64,000 nt of DNA from the IMG/VR virus record IMGVR_UViG_3300009709_000001, positions 189,336 through 253,335 of that record; one strand, given 5' to 3'. The stretch's first letter is position 1, and each line of letters opens with the position of its first letter. The notes under the pieces are model-generated. The model was not told the DNA's origin, ran no database searches, and worked only from the letters and a program-made list of their open reading frames with translations. Below, piece by piece: positions 31,501-39,147 of this stretch. This stretch comes from a virus. Lineage: Duplodnaviria; Heunggongvirae; Uroviricota; Caudoviricetes. The translations under genes and the position numbers were made by a program.

Positions 31501-32380
31501 TAATGATTACACCGTGTTCTTCTACAATGATCCGAGTGTGTATACAAGCCTCGTAGGATTGGTATGGTTTGATGGCGGCCAATTATTGAATACCAGTTTC
31601 GATACCTATAGAAACGAACTTGTTCTTGGTTTCCCACAGGACGACTTTGTTGTTAATGTCGATACAAAACTTCCGGTAGTTAACAATACCAATGACGGCA
31701 CTACAATCGGATTTGGCGATATGTGGGACTTCTTCGATCCAATCATCGAAGACATCCTCGAAACAGAAAACGGCGGTCCTCCACCTAGCGGTGGTGTATG
31801 GCTTGGTTTTGATTCTGGTATGTGGGATCAGGGCAGTGATGCACCTTCTGCACCAGGATATGAGACTGTAATTCTTGATAACACAATCAGTTACAAAGAA
31901 AACATTGAGATGAACGAAACCGCTAGATTCTATAGAAATGTTGAAGTAGAATCGGGTGAACTTGTTACTGATTTGCCAGCTCCTACAGGCGAAACTGAAA
32001 ACGTTGCATCGATAATTGTAACTGCTGCAACCGATGTATTCCCAGAACCGATTAATAATCCGGGCGTTGTCTGGGTAGAAGGTGAACGTATCGAGTACAT
32101 GCTCAAGGAACCGGCTGGACCTAATCAGTGGAGACTTGGATTGTTACGTCGTGGTACAGATGGTACAGCACCGACATTGCATCTTGCAAATGCTAAGGTT
32201 TGGAGCGAAAAGAGCAACTTGTTACCATTTAATTCCGATCAAGAAGTTTGGAATGCTACCGATCCGTTGCCACAACCCGGCGATGAAAATGTAAATAGCG
32301 TTCCGCTTGGTGGACTTTGGTACGCTCAAACTCCTCAAGCTATCTTCCTAAAGCAGAAGCAAGGGAAGGCAGTACCTTAA
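22535..32380 (+). CDS. Giant virion structural protein (gp7-like baseplate wedge, 3281 aa)
   Basis: Follows the gp6-like gene; FYQGAIRQKGT and KPYHTKIR motifs, I.IT..G.GY repeats, CBM-like segment, Trp-Asp clusters, C-terminal GERIEY...RRGTDGT. Confidence 0.7.
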   Translation: MTQYIKKLPAVFQTVTEKKFFDATFDQVFSKKDSDLLAGFLGRRDPGLYNPITDFYLPEPSKNRTWWQLEATAFARDSDTTKTNIFFYEDLLENIEYYGGNTLNQDRLFESEYYSFGPPIDYDMFINYQSYYWVEQGLPTITITGVMGADIIGKSSYTTPPTAVPANFTLTTGMSISLADDPEYSSPHTVENIGNCIGIRLVPQFPDFTAGTLFEFLPWDGEFELANGRIIDNRYWDSLTWETQAQPSNGDYITIERGSLDRNAWSRTNKWFHIDAITQTIAATGTVFPANATRALRPIIQFIADLILYKSGTQFRSEIQYGFRDNQFGQPLLFADYQNQSVLSINTAFGIDLSEGDLVSFFNDTTPINVDYFPWDMFDWDTNDWDAVFPSTINQWIFEAKIQPDGTVNFVPYTSWATPVLEGDIVFITEDAPFDGALRGQTWYYSNGTWQEAFNDKIRLNQPPLFQLYDHDTVPLDDTAKYPDSTFRGSEIFSYKVNTEPGATVDPVLKFPIVYTSLGQASDIVFQNDLITTRYAYGSFKPIDGYYYYKTVTDPVTFNNWNLYQPCPCDDIIPPPPCNCLETSKQRVIEKYVVGYGTEFQFKLSVTPYGYPATPDIIVSVNGVEVKSAADQTDGYTLSVINDRIYVVLTTYLTNLLSTVQSQPPVVEVQTYTHGLLDPAEPGYFEIPQQLEANPNQLEVSEISASDLTQQFASIISNQIGATGVAFGGSNNYRDTRKNRSVGQYILQNVAPALKSMLIASEDDLDFITGLRFSQSEYTKFKNKYLRTAQQLINQQFSPVQFYTNTVVISLWVEEILKVVNVSKEFSNAFAYSYMIANGSPFANETITVPAGGLVTLTNYVDLSDPKNALYAYDVSGQETLLIIGKDYEIVSTNLAIDIQFNTASVPVGRSVFVALYKNPLPAYIPSTPTKVGAYPTYVPRIELDTTYTNPTNVIIGHDGSKTIAFGDYRDQLLLELEKRIYNLLNFKYRHEYALPLRVESIRSGYFRETRYSRQEYLDITESYLNKWSAMNRANYRANDWATASVSTPPSLLWKLYNYRLAENTLGQPLNLPGNWKGVYLYLYDTINPDTRPWEMLGFTDQPDWWEIEYGAPILNLAGQEVWGSNAAGLHNMYSDLEAGIIRQGPCAIYDPITLQPVPQEMWARPGLLTLIPVTTSGEIISVMTLFNVVYSGNPYAPFDGFDIEWIYGDGSPVEMAWMSTSAYAFSTQEFMYLMRPAPYGELMWDTLGTELSPGMIDVPGIESPVQSTINWQYVQNDIYSDDDPFFAWMRPKNADQVVHAENIDSEIQIRYGYQRWISDRILFLGKDIGTTFGQKVRTLDVNLANKLAGFTNKDTTNTYIESVTPGSTTNSLIIPSTNFDVKLHKSPVVDTYSYSGIVIRALIDGTFAIYGYDLLSSEFTVLERSTDKLIDVTVGGTPAEFKYFNIGETYNAGDIVKYNGVYYVSLVTQIAVVKFEASGWQRLAGLPTVGGISVSYKPLTTGKIVKVPYGTVLPTAQAVFDLMISWGAYLEAQGWKFDEVSQQTNMLSDWLASAKQFLFWLNTEWAPDASIQLSPLANKATLVVKRGYPNDVETMSNGVYSILDKYGVAIAPQNTTTDRDGPSITVEPSDLAVGGIYFLTVNTSETEHVLIFDNTTNFNDVVYSPLLRARQQRLRFNGFRSNGWYGKMEAPGYLVMDNELVPNYDTIVNSMRYFYDPNVTLDNPSLEDLGRHLIGYESKSYLDNLQVSNDVQYLFYQGAIRQKGTQQAFDKLFRSTKVQGDKVIEVFEEWALKLADFGNTIEQVSTEFILRPEQNTGEVVVARLNYIPSKIGFLRQINILNAENTYTSVPKVIITAPDADPMDPDLTAPLRQAKAYIVLDSIGRISRVDITDPGYGYLKAPYIEIDSGLEPHNLDRLFSVWQGEIIKDETLDNIINIDIDRTDQWTVRPVDPTFSLVFPETPRIDYPLPNAGYVNFNDVDLTSFGVVQTAVQWGTDLFNPVANQTLWMAKTFTEDWDVYKIVKQNIPFEVVKDENNDLFLRTDLSYNLTPQFAGGLHQTDFGNMIVLQVIEARADAVIDTGVITEINITKEGSGYINEPLVTITGDGTGATAKAIIGGGVVSGIEITNGGTGYTTATVTIAPPPKVNPVTNFTVGFGYSYSDLVYNYYSLLTLDGVPITADEITVFEDFTDFMLFKSMRFLTTPVIPSYVVAGDKIWVDNVNNLWTVFNYDGVDLTAFRQQTPLIDTFLFESASVFSTNTTNELVQLPVYDPFKGILPGPARQNITYTSLQDPARYNVTPDQRLFSENIIFGKRQVGQLWWDLSSARYVYYEQPIALDGTETDLDNLIYRRDNWGSLFPGSTIDIYEWVESDVIPSEYTGSGTPRDTTSYVQIITSNRFTNAEEIKYYFWVLNTTDKPNVENRTMAALDVSRLLQIPKSQGFVFFAPIQQTATNNSYMFYNVQEILAYQGDNVQIQYRVSERDDQKHTQWAFFREGDPGSTVTDQFWNKMVDSLCGYTKVLPLSDEYDNGIIVADDLPWDIFGWDITPWDSADSTTSPIYGEILEVPDPTLSEGEKYGIKYRPRQGMFVNLYAARKVFVQAANSLLKYIPIRDDNPGWDADVTTDDYWTYTTWYKAGFEDVTPNVVFQTLSQANIALVSGQLKNDDIVQVTNGTVDGRFVLYVVVQLNPNVPAQSLEEIGIQNSAIKLLDTIYTVKNVYGLSVELRQLLNAFRTEVMVDANKVDQNELYFSMLNYVVSEQKNPDWVFKTSYIYIKENDLPLAQGQLYVPDQIDNIIQYITDAKPYHTKIRDYTSTYVTQDIAVGTAADSYKWNIKLKFGPDALPGNQLSLYPDWMGQNGNTLDATYGWDLNQGPYTLPWDTFTWDVPLDVNGFPLTMNNILNQSVSGSHPAPIIPGDWPGNTVPLVAYTGVTRAQKAGYSSLYPYQFVAPTLDDPQSFIPPENIVGVQADDQILYYGQDYYVEYFETTNDYTVFFYNDPSVYTSLVGLVWFDGGQLLNTSFDTYRNELVLGFPQDDFVVNVDTKLPVVNNTNDGTTIGFGDMWDFFDPIIEDILETENGGPPPSGGVWLGFDSGMWDQGSDAPSAPGYETVILDNTISYKENIEMNETARFYRNVEVESGELVTDLPAPTGETENVASIIVTAATDVFPEPINNPGVVWVEGERIEYMLKEPAGPNQWRLGLLRRGTDGTAPTLHLANAKVWSEKSNLLPFNSDQEVWNATDPLPQPGDENVNSVPLGGLWYAQTPQAIFLKQKQGKAVP

Positions 32381-32403
32381 CATAAAGTAGGGCGATAATT
32401 ACC

Positions 32404-32550
32404 ATGATAAATAAAGAAAACGAGAATAAGCCGGAACCTGTTGAAAATAAGGAACCCGGCCTTATTGATGTTGCATTAATGGATGTGCAATGTCATCTTC
32501 TAATTAAAGATAAAGATACCGGGCAAGTTCTGGTGAATAAAAGGGGTTGA
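32404..32550 (+). CDS. Small hypothetical protein (48 aa)
   Basis: Manually translated MINKENENKPEPVENKEPGLIDVALMDVQCHLLIKDKDTGQVLVNKRG; C-terminus resembles the N-terminus of the next gene. Confidence 0.5.
   Translation: MINKENENKPEPVENKEPGLIDVALMDVQCHLLIKDKDTGQVLVNKRG
32405..32413 (+). promoter_or_regulatory. Late promoter TGATAAATA
   Basis: Recurring motif. Confidence 0.55.
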
Positions 32551-32551
32551 G

Positions 32552-33316
32552 ATGCAAGAATTTATTCGTGCTTCTATTCAGGGTTTTGTCAAGATTATCG
32601 ACAAAGACACAAAAGAAGTTTTAGTTGATACACATAACGATGTCCTGTATGGAAATATGTCGGCAGCCCTTGCGCATGCTCTAATCGGCAATTCGAACAG
32701 TTTTCTTTATTACATTGCATTCGGTAACGGTGGTGCCTATGTTGGTCCTACCGGTACAATTTCATATAAGCCATCTTTGGGTGGTGCAGGTAGCCTTATT
32801 AAGAATCCTACTGCGAATTTGTATAACACCATTTATGTCAAGAAGTTGTCAAATGATGCAACCGATACTCCGGATTACGATCCGCTTTCGCGCGCATACA
32901 TTCCGGCTGAAAACTATGCGACCAATTACGAAGACATCATTGTTGACGTAACTATCGGTTATAGTGAACCACCAACTGGTATTAATCCGTCGACTACAAT
33001 TCAGCAGACATCAATTGATGATTCCACATTTATCGGAAGTAGCTCGAGTAACCCTGTAACAAATTTCGACCCACAAACTCTTGTCTTTAACGAGATTGGT
33101 TTGTTTGCAGGTTCGAATAATCTGTTCCCTGGAAATTTTACCCAGACTACAACCGAAGTAAATAACTTCATTGCACAAACCCCGAACTTTTCAAATGCAC
33201 CTGGCGTCGAATCGAAACTTATGTTGACGCATGTAATCTTCCACCCTATTCAGAAGTCTGCGAATAGATCCCTTGAGATCATCTACACTTTGAGGATACA
33301 AATGGGGGCTTCCTGA
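32552..33316 (+). CDS. Virion structural protein (baseplate/fibre attachment)
   Basis: [38 protein letters not shown]; context. Confidence 0.6.
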   Translation: MQEFIRASIQGFVKIIDKDTKEVLVDTHNDVLYGNMSAALAHALIGNSNSFLYYIAFGNGGAYVGPTGTISYKPSLGGAGSLIKNPTANLYNTIYVKKLSNDATDTPDYDPLSRAYIPAENYATNYEDIIVDVTIGYSEPPTGINPSTTIQQTSIDDSTFIGSSSSNPVTNFDPQTLVFNEIGLFAGSNNLFPGNFTQTTTEVNNFIAQTPNFSNAPGVESKLMLTHVIFHPIQKSANRSLEIIYTLRIQMGAS

Positions 33317-33903
33317 TGTTCTATGTCTATGCATATATTCGAGATAAAAATTCGGAAATTGCAAATGCTGGAACACCTTATTACATCGGCAAAGGAAAGA
33401 ATAATAGGGCATACGAAAAGCATGCCTTTTTAAACCCGCCATCTGATAGATCTAGAATAATAATTCTTGAATCAAATCTTACAGAACTTGGTGCGTTTGC
33501 ACTAGAAAGAAGATATATTAAATGGTGGGGGCGAAAAGATAATAACACCGGCATACTGGAAAATAAAACAGATGGCGGTGAAGGCAGCTCCGGCACGGTA
33601 CATTCAGTAGAGACAAGATTGAAAAGATCCAAGTCATTACAGGGAAGAGCCGGGTCTATGTTAGGAAAGAAACATTCTAATGAGACTAAAGAAAATATGT
33701 CTCATTCGAGAAAAGGCATTAGAACATCATCGGGTAAACTTGGGTATGTTGTACCGCAGGAAGAAAAAGATAAAATTTCTGCAGCACAGAAAGGGATACC
33801 AAAACCTAAATATAGATGTCCACATTGCAATAAAGAAGCGTCAATTGCGAGATTAACCCAATGGCACTTTGATAGATGCAAGTTGATAAATAATAGAAAC
33901 TAA
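33316..33903 (+). mobile_element. Free-standing GIY-YIG-like homing endonuclease with NUMOD3 repeats and a C-terminal Zn-binding motif
   Basis: FYVYAY...[46 protein letters not shown]...WH..RC. Confidence 0.8.
33884..33892 (+). promoter_or_regulatory. Late promoter TGATAAATA inside the endonuclease 3' end
   Basis: Recurring motif about 25 nt before ATG 33917. Confidence 0.6.
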
Positions 33904-33916
33904 GGAATTCTTAATC

Positions 33917-34414
33917 ATGTCATATAACGTTTACAAGCCGACTGGTGCCACTGGTACTAATCCAATTGTCGTTCCAGATAACGCAATTGATGGCAGCCTG
34001 TATGATTCCACTAACAAGGTTGGTGTTCAGCTTGTGGGCCGAAATGCCATCGACTATGGTACTGCAATCGCGCAGAATATAGTCCAGATGACTTCGAACT
34101 TTGCAGGTTCTGTAACTCCACCTCCTGGAAAGGCACTACAAGGTCAACTCTGGTTTAATGCATCTTCTTCGACAACTGGCGAAATCTATGTCAGAAAAAC
34201 ATCGAGTACAGCAGCACAGCCAAACCAAGCAACCGATATTGCTACCAACTGGCAAAAGGTTGTTACCGTTGCAGGTAACCAAACTGGTCGTCCAGCAGTA
34301 GTAAATCCAACATCCGGTACAGAACAAGACGGTGATATTCAAGTCGTTGGCTCAGTGATCTCTATTTGGGCTGCAGGTGCTTGGAGACAAATCTTCCCAG
34401 CAGTTTACTCGTAA
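33917..34414 (+). CDS. Tail-fibre/baseplate-associated structural protein
   Basis: LVGRNAIDYG..IAQN....NFA....P...LQGQLWF fibre N-terminal-type motif. Confidence 0.6.
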   Translation: MSYNVYKPTGATGTNPIVVPDNAIDGSLYDSTNKVGVQLVGRNAIDYGTAIAQNIVQMTSNFAGSVTPPPGKALQGQLWFNASSSTTGEIYVRKTSSTAAQPNQATDIATNWQKVVTVAGNQTGRPAVVNPTSGTEQDGDIQVVGSVISIWAAGAWRQIFPAVYS

Positions 34415-34428
34415 TCAAGGAATAATTC

Positions 34429-35376
34429 ATGTCTTATGTTACCGGGGGCCTAATCGAGGCCGTTGACTACAACACATTCGCGACGCTGGCTGCCAGCATG
34501 AACGAAGTGTTTGCTGATCTACATCCTGGTGCAACTACAATCGGCGCTGGTGCAGATTACGGATATGGTCAAACTCCGGCACTTACGGCTGTATCAGCTG
34601 GTAACTCAGTTCTAGCAACTGAATGGGCTGATCTCTTCGATACTATCAGGGATACTGGTACGCATCAAGGAACAACTGTTGTTCCTCCACTACCGGTTGC
34701 AAATCCTGTCATCGGCGATAACATTGTTGCACAGAATACACCAACTACTCTAGCTTCTCTAATTGCGACAATCCGCACAAATAGGCATAATCTTGCTGCA
34801 GGCCAATCAACTTTGACTGCTGGCACATCTTATGCTCAAACAGCGGCAACAATTCCTTGGACAAATAGTCTAACCTGGAATTGCCGTGCAGATTTCTCAA
34901 GCTGGAATAATGCTCGTTACTTCTTCAATGCAGGTGGCTTCCTTGGTTTTAACGGTTCCATGTCTCCATTGTCGACTCCGGAAGATACACAGTGGCAAGC
35001 TATGCTTACCGCTCTATCTCCAATGAAGTTTACATGGAATGCTACCACTCCTAATACTGGATCGGGCGGAACAGCAATTGGTTTCTATGGATTGACAACT
35101 TCTTATCAAACCATCTATCTCAAGTCGTACGGTTCGGGTCCATATTCGGCAAGTACACTCGAAGTTAAAGCAAAGCTTGTCGCTGCCGCCGGTACAAATG
35201 GCCAGATTGATTTCCAAATCATTATGACTGATAATGAATCGGGCATTAAATCGCCAAAGGCTGGCACAACTACTTTCCGTGTCGATAACACTAAAGCATC
35301 CGGTGCAATTTCTTATCCGGGTCCTGCAGTAACTGTCGTGTCGGTGGGTGCAAATAACGGCTTTATCGCTACCTAA
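34429..35376 (+). CDS. Fibre-like virion structural protein
   Basis: Thr/Ala/Gly-rich; Y..G.LI.A.DYN, YGYGQ, ARYFFNAGG. Confidence 0.6.
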   Translation: MSYVTGGLIEAVDYNTFATLAASMNEVFADLHPGATTIGAGADYGYGQTPALTAVSAGNSVLATEWADLFDTIRDTGTHQGTTVVPPLPVANPVIGDNIVAQNTPTTLASLIATIRTNRHNLAAGQSTLTAGTSYAQTAATIPWTNSLTWNCRADFSSWNNARYFFNAGGFLGFNGSMSPLSTPEDTQWQAMLTALSPMKFTWNATTPNTGSGGTAIGFYGLTTSYQTIYLKSYGSGPYSASTLEVKAKLVAAAGTNGQIDFQIIMTDNESGIKSPKAGTTTFRVDNTKASGAISYPGPAVTVVSVGANNGFIAT

Positions 35377-35391
35377 CATCAACATCCACTG

Positions 35392-35433
35392 AACCTCCGT
35401 TAAAGCTGTAGATAAATAGCCTAAACGGAGGTT
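35392..35433 (+). promoter_or_regulatory. SD-sequestering hairpin with a late-type promoter (AGATAAATA, 35410-35418) between its arms
   Basis: AACCTCCGTT (35392-35401) is the exact complement of AACGGAGGTT (35424-35433), which contains the SD for ATG 35438. Confidence 0.7.
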
Positions 35434-35437
35434 TCTT

Positions 35438-35797
35438 ATGAGCGAAAGACTCAACAAGGCATTGGCATTTGCCAACTATCGCCAAACCCTAAACAATCAA
35501 CTTCTCAAACTAAAAATTCGTGCTGAAGGCACACTTATCTATGCTAAGAATGGTGGCAGCTTTACCATTGGCCAAGAACTTATTTGTTTCCTTGATTATC
35601 TAGTTAGAATCGATATGAAGGAAGCAACATTACTTGATGACAATAGCAATCCAATTGCAATTGATGATGTTCCTGCATTCCTGAAAGAAATTACAGGGCG
35701 TTACTTCGAAGTAACAAATGATTATCTGCGTGAATATCAAGAAATTAGAAAATCGCGCAACGTAAGAAGTATTCTCGACATTAAGGACGAAGAATGA
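35438..35797 (+). CDS. Hypothetical protein, first gene of the glycan cluster
   Basis: Strong GGAGG SD; NGGSF, LLDDNSNPI; ATGA-coupled to the glycosyltransferase. Confidence 0.65.
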   Translation: MSERLNKALAFANYRQTLNNQLLKLKIRAEGTLIYAKNGGSFTIGQELICFLDYLVRIDMKEATLLDDNSNPIAIDDVPAFLKEITGRYFEVTNDYLREYQEIRKSRNVRSILDIKDEE

Positions 35798-36684
35798 CAA
35801 GAGGTGTTCTGATGTATGCCCACAACAATCCCGAAATTGATTATTTCAAGATTGCTTGTGCGAATGCATTAATGGTTAAGAAAAATCTAAAAGTTCCTGT
35901 CGTGCTAGTAACCGACGAAGGCACTTTGGGCTGGGGCAAGAAAGCACTCGGTGAAGATTTTGTTAATCAGTGTTTTGATGAAGTTATCAGTGTCAAACGA
36001 GATTATCGATTTGATAATATGCGCAATTTCAGTGATACATCGTTTTCTACAAAGACATTGCAATTCTATAATTGCAACCATTGGGAAGCATATAATCTGT
36101 CTCCATTTGACGAGACACTGTTCATTGATGCCGATTACTTAATCATGAGTTCTGCTCTTTCCAATTGCTGGGATAGCAACCATGATGTAATGATTGATCA
36201 CAGAATTTACGGCCCAGGTAACGAAGAAAAGCCGCACTCGAAATTTATTGACGATTTTGGTATCAGACTATATTGGGCAACGGTTATCTATTTTAAGAAG
36301 ACCGAGTTTGCAGAGTTCCTATTTTCGCAAGTTAGAGAAATTCAAGAAAACTATCAATATTACCGAGACCTGTATAATTTCTCATCGGGGATGTTTAGAA
36401 ATGATAATGCATTCAGTATTGCAATTCATACATTGAATGGATTTACTCAATCAAACTCCATTGTTGATAAGTTACCTATTCCCGGATTAATGATGGCATG
36501 GGATACACATGATATTCATAGTATACCGGCAGAAAATGACATTATCCTATATTGCGAAAATCCAAAGAATCCCGGAAACTATATGCTTTCCAGATTAAAG
36601 AATACTGATGTACACATCATGAATAAATGGGCTATTAACCGATTTGCAGATAGGCTTATCGAACTATATAAGGTAGAAGAATGA
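35794..36684 (+). CDS. Putative glycosyltransferase (GT-A fold)
   Basis: RGVLMYA, LSPFDETLFIDAD (DxD), FRNDNAFSIA, HIMNK. Confidence 0.7.
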   Translation: MTRGVLMYAHNNPEIDYFKIACANALMVKKNLKVPVVLVTDEGTLGWGKKALGEDFVNQCFDEVISVKRDYRFDNMRNFSDTSFSTKTLQFYNCNHWEAYNLSPFDETLFIDADYLIMSSALSNCWDSNHDVMIDHRIYGPGNEEKPHSKFIDDFGIRLYWATVIYFKKTEFAEFLFSQVREIQENYQYYRDLYNFSSGMFRNDNAFSIAIHTLNGFTQSNSIVDKLPIPGLMMAWDTHDIHSIPAENDIILYCENPKNPGNYMLSRLKNTDVHIMNKWAINRFADRLIELYKVEE

Positions 36685-37538
36685 GTAGAGGTTATCTAAT
36701 TCTAGCGCAAAGAACAAAGAAGGACGATTATCTTCGCCTTGCTTATGCTCTTGCCTTGAGCATTAAGAATAGTCAGTCGAAAGTAAACAATGTATGCCTG
36801 GCCACAAATGTTCATCCAAGTAAGATTCCGGACAAATACAAAGAAGTGTTTGATGAGATTGTGCCTATTCCTTGGACAGATCATGCTGCAAATTCCAAAT
36901 GGAAGATTGAGAACAAGTGGAAATATTACTACATGACTCCATACGACGAAACAGTCATTCTTGATGCTGATATGCTTATTCCGGAGGATATTTCGCATTG
37001 GTGGGATGTCATGGCACAGAAGGATATCTGGATTACAAATAAGCCCAGGACTTTCCGTGGAGATGTAATTACTTCGACAAAATTTAGAGATGCGTTTGTT
37101 TCTAATAAGTTGCCGAATGTCTATACTGCATTCATGTATTTTAAGAAGTCCGATCTTGCAACTGAATTGTTCAAGCTTGTAGAAATCATCTTCAATAATT
37201 GGGAGCGTTTCTATTACGAATTTATGGATGAAAATCGTCCTAAACATTTATCCGGAGATGTTGCATACGCGCTCGCGATTCAACTGCTAGGCATTGAGGC
37301 AGAATGTTTCGGTAATTTAGAAAGTCTTCCAACCTTTGTTCATATGAAAGCTCAATTACAAGGAATCAACGAAAACTTAATTACAGAAAATTGGCCAGAA
37401 AATATTCCTACCTATTTCGGTACAGACGGCAGATTTAAGATTGGTGGCTTCCAGCAAGTATATCCATTCCATTATCATATTAAGGAATGGTTGACAGATG
37501 AAATGATTGAAATTCTCGAAGGGAGGGTTCTAGAATGA
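36681..37538 (+). CDS. Putative glycosyltransferase (GT-A fold), paralogue of the upstream gene
   Basis: RGYLILA, MTPYDETVILDADM, D...ALA, FVHMK, FHYH. Confidence 0.7.
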   Translation: MSRGYLILAQRTKKDDYLRLAYALALSIKNSQSKVNNVCLATNVHPSKIPDKYKEVFDEIVPIPWTDHAANSKWKIENKWKYYYMTPYDETVILDADMLIPEDISHWWDVMAQKDIWITNKPRTFRGDVITSTKFRDAFVSNKLPNVYTAFMYFKKSDLATELFKLVEIIFNNWERFYYEFMDENRPKHLSGDVAYALAIQLLGIEAECFGNLESLPTFVHMKAQLQGINENLITENWPENIPTYFGTDGRFKIGGFQQVYPFHYHIKEWLTDEMIEILEGRVLE

Positions 37539-38149
37539 CCTCATTGGTTTTGATGTATGTCTATTATGACAACGAAGGGGACATTAAGGCAATTTCTCCT
37601 ACGCCCGATATTTCACATAAGGAATTCTTCAATTCTGCAACCTTTCCATTAACAGAAGTAGAATCGTTCCTAACTGGAATGAGAAATCCCTTTGATTATT
37701 CAATCAAAGAGTTTCAGCGTGCAGGTAGCAAATCCTTCAGAATCGCTAGAAAAGTTTCCACAATTAGTCTGACAAGAACACTCGACAATTATTTGACACG
37801 CGTCGATAACAACCCTGACGAAATTCCCACTATTCAGATTAGTATCAATTTGATCGATAAGAATGTACGTTTACGTATCGATGAACAATTCGTTAATATG
37901 CATAAGATCGGAACTGAAGAAGAACAGGAAGACGCGGAAGCATTTATTAAATCGGGACTATCCTCCTTATATGTCACCAAGAAGAATGATCCGTACTCAC
38001 GTCTATTTACAATCATCTTTTCTCCTAAAGAATTATTCGAAAAGGGAAACCTATATTTCGCATACGATGAAACTCTTGACTTTTCCAACGCGAGTGTTTA
38101 CACTAAGAAAATTGTGAAAAACTACGGATTTACGATCAGGGGAAAGTGA
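37535..38149 (+). CDS. Hypothetical protein
   Basis: 204-aa ORF coupled by overlaps on both sides. Confidence 0.55.
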   Translation: MTSLVLMYVYYDNEGDIKAISPTPDISHKEFFNSATFPLTEVESFLTGMRNPFDYSIKEFQRAGSKSFRIARKVSTISLTRTLDNYLTRVDNNPDEIPTIQISINLIDKNVRLRIDEQFVNMHKIGTEEEQEDAEAFIKSGLSSLYVTKKNDPYSRLFTIIFSPKELFEKGNLYFAYDETLDFSNASVYTKKIVKNYGFTIRGK

Positions 38150-39147
38150 TGTCATTTAGATCGATGAATGAGCTTGATGTAATCTTTATCAGTTACGACG
38201 AAGATAACTGTGAAGAGAATTGGGCAGATTTACAAGCCAAGGTTCCTTGGGCACAGAGAGTTCACGGTGTTAAAGGTTCAGATGCGGCACACAAGGCAGC
38301 AGCTAATCTTTCCACTACAGATAGGTTTATTTCTGTCGATGCTGACAACATCGTTGATCCATCATTCTTTGATTTAGAATTGGATTTCGATCATCCAAAG
38401 ATGCAAGGTAAGGCGATTAGTTGGGCAGCTCAGAATGTTGTCAACGGATTAGAATACGGTAACGGTGGATTGAAATGTTGGCCTAAACAGTATGTACTCG
38501 ATATGCGTACACATGAGAATGCCGACAGCAATGACGAGCGTAATCAGGTTGATTTCTGTTGGGAAGATTCCTATGTGCAGATGACTAATCAATATTCTAT
38601 TACCCATCCTAACGGTAGTCCACGACAAGCATTTCGTGCAGGTTTCCGTGAAGGTGTGAAAATGACATTGGTGCAAGGCGGCAAGCCCGATGTAGATAAC
38701 TTTAAGAAGGTTATCTGGTGGGGGAATTACAAACGTCTTATCACATGGTGTTCTGTTGGTGCAGATATCGAAAACGGACTGTGGGCAATGTATGGTGCTA
38801 GACTTGGTACCTACATGACCACACTTACCGACTGGGATTATATTCAAGTTCGAGACTTTGAATATTTAAACACATTATTCGATGAAGTTAAGGAACAGTT
38901 CCGAGTATCATTAAATGATCCGAAGGGAACAAAGTGTTACAAAACCGGACTATGCTATTCTAAAGATTTACTCAATGCCGAAATTGCATCGTTAGGTGAT
39001 AAACTTAGAAAGGGTCTGGGAATGGAAATTGCCGAACTCAACGAAGAGCAAAGTAAATTCTATAAAGCGGCCTACGTTAATGTTCCACGAATGAACAAGA
39101 TGTTTACTGAAGAAGAACTCAACGATCTTCGTAGATTGAATAAATGA
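38146..39147 (+). CDS. Putative glycosyltransferase (GT2-like)
   Basis: FISYDE, RVHGVKG..AAH, VDADN, NGLEYGNGG, QAFRAGFREG. Confidence 0.65.
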   Translation: MMSFRSMNELDVIFISYDEDNCEENWADLQAKVPWAQRVHGVKGSDAAHKAAANLSTTDRFISVDADNIVDPSFFDLELDFDHPKMQGKAISWAAQNVVNGLEYGNGGLKCWPKQYVLDMRTHENADSNDERNQVDFCWEDSYVQMTNQYSITHPNGSPRQAFRAGFREGVKMTLVQGGKPDVDNFKKVIWWGNYKRLITWCSVGADIENGLWAMYGARLGTYMTTLTDWDYIQVRDFEYLNTLFDEVKEQFRVSLNDPKGTKCYKTGLCYSKDLLNAEIASLGDKLRKGLGMEIAELNEEQSKFYKAAYVNVPRMNKMFTEEELNDLRRLNK

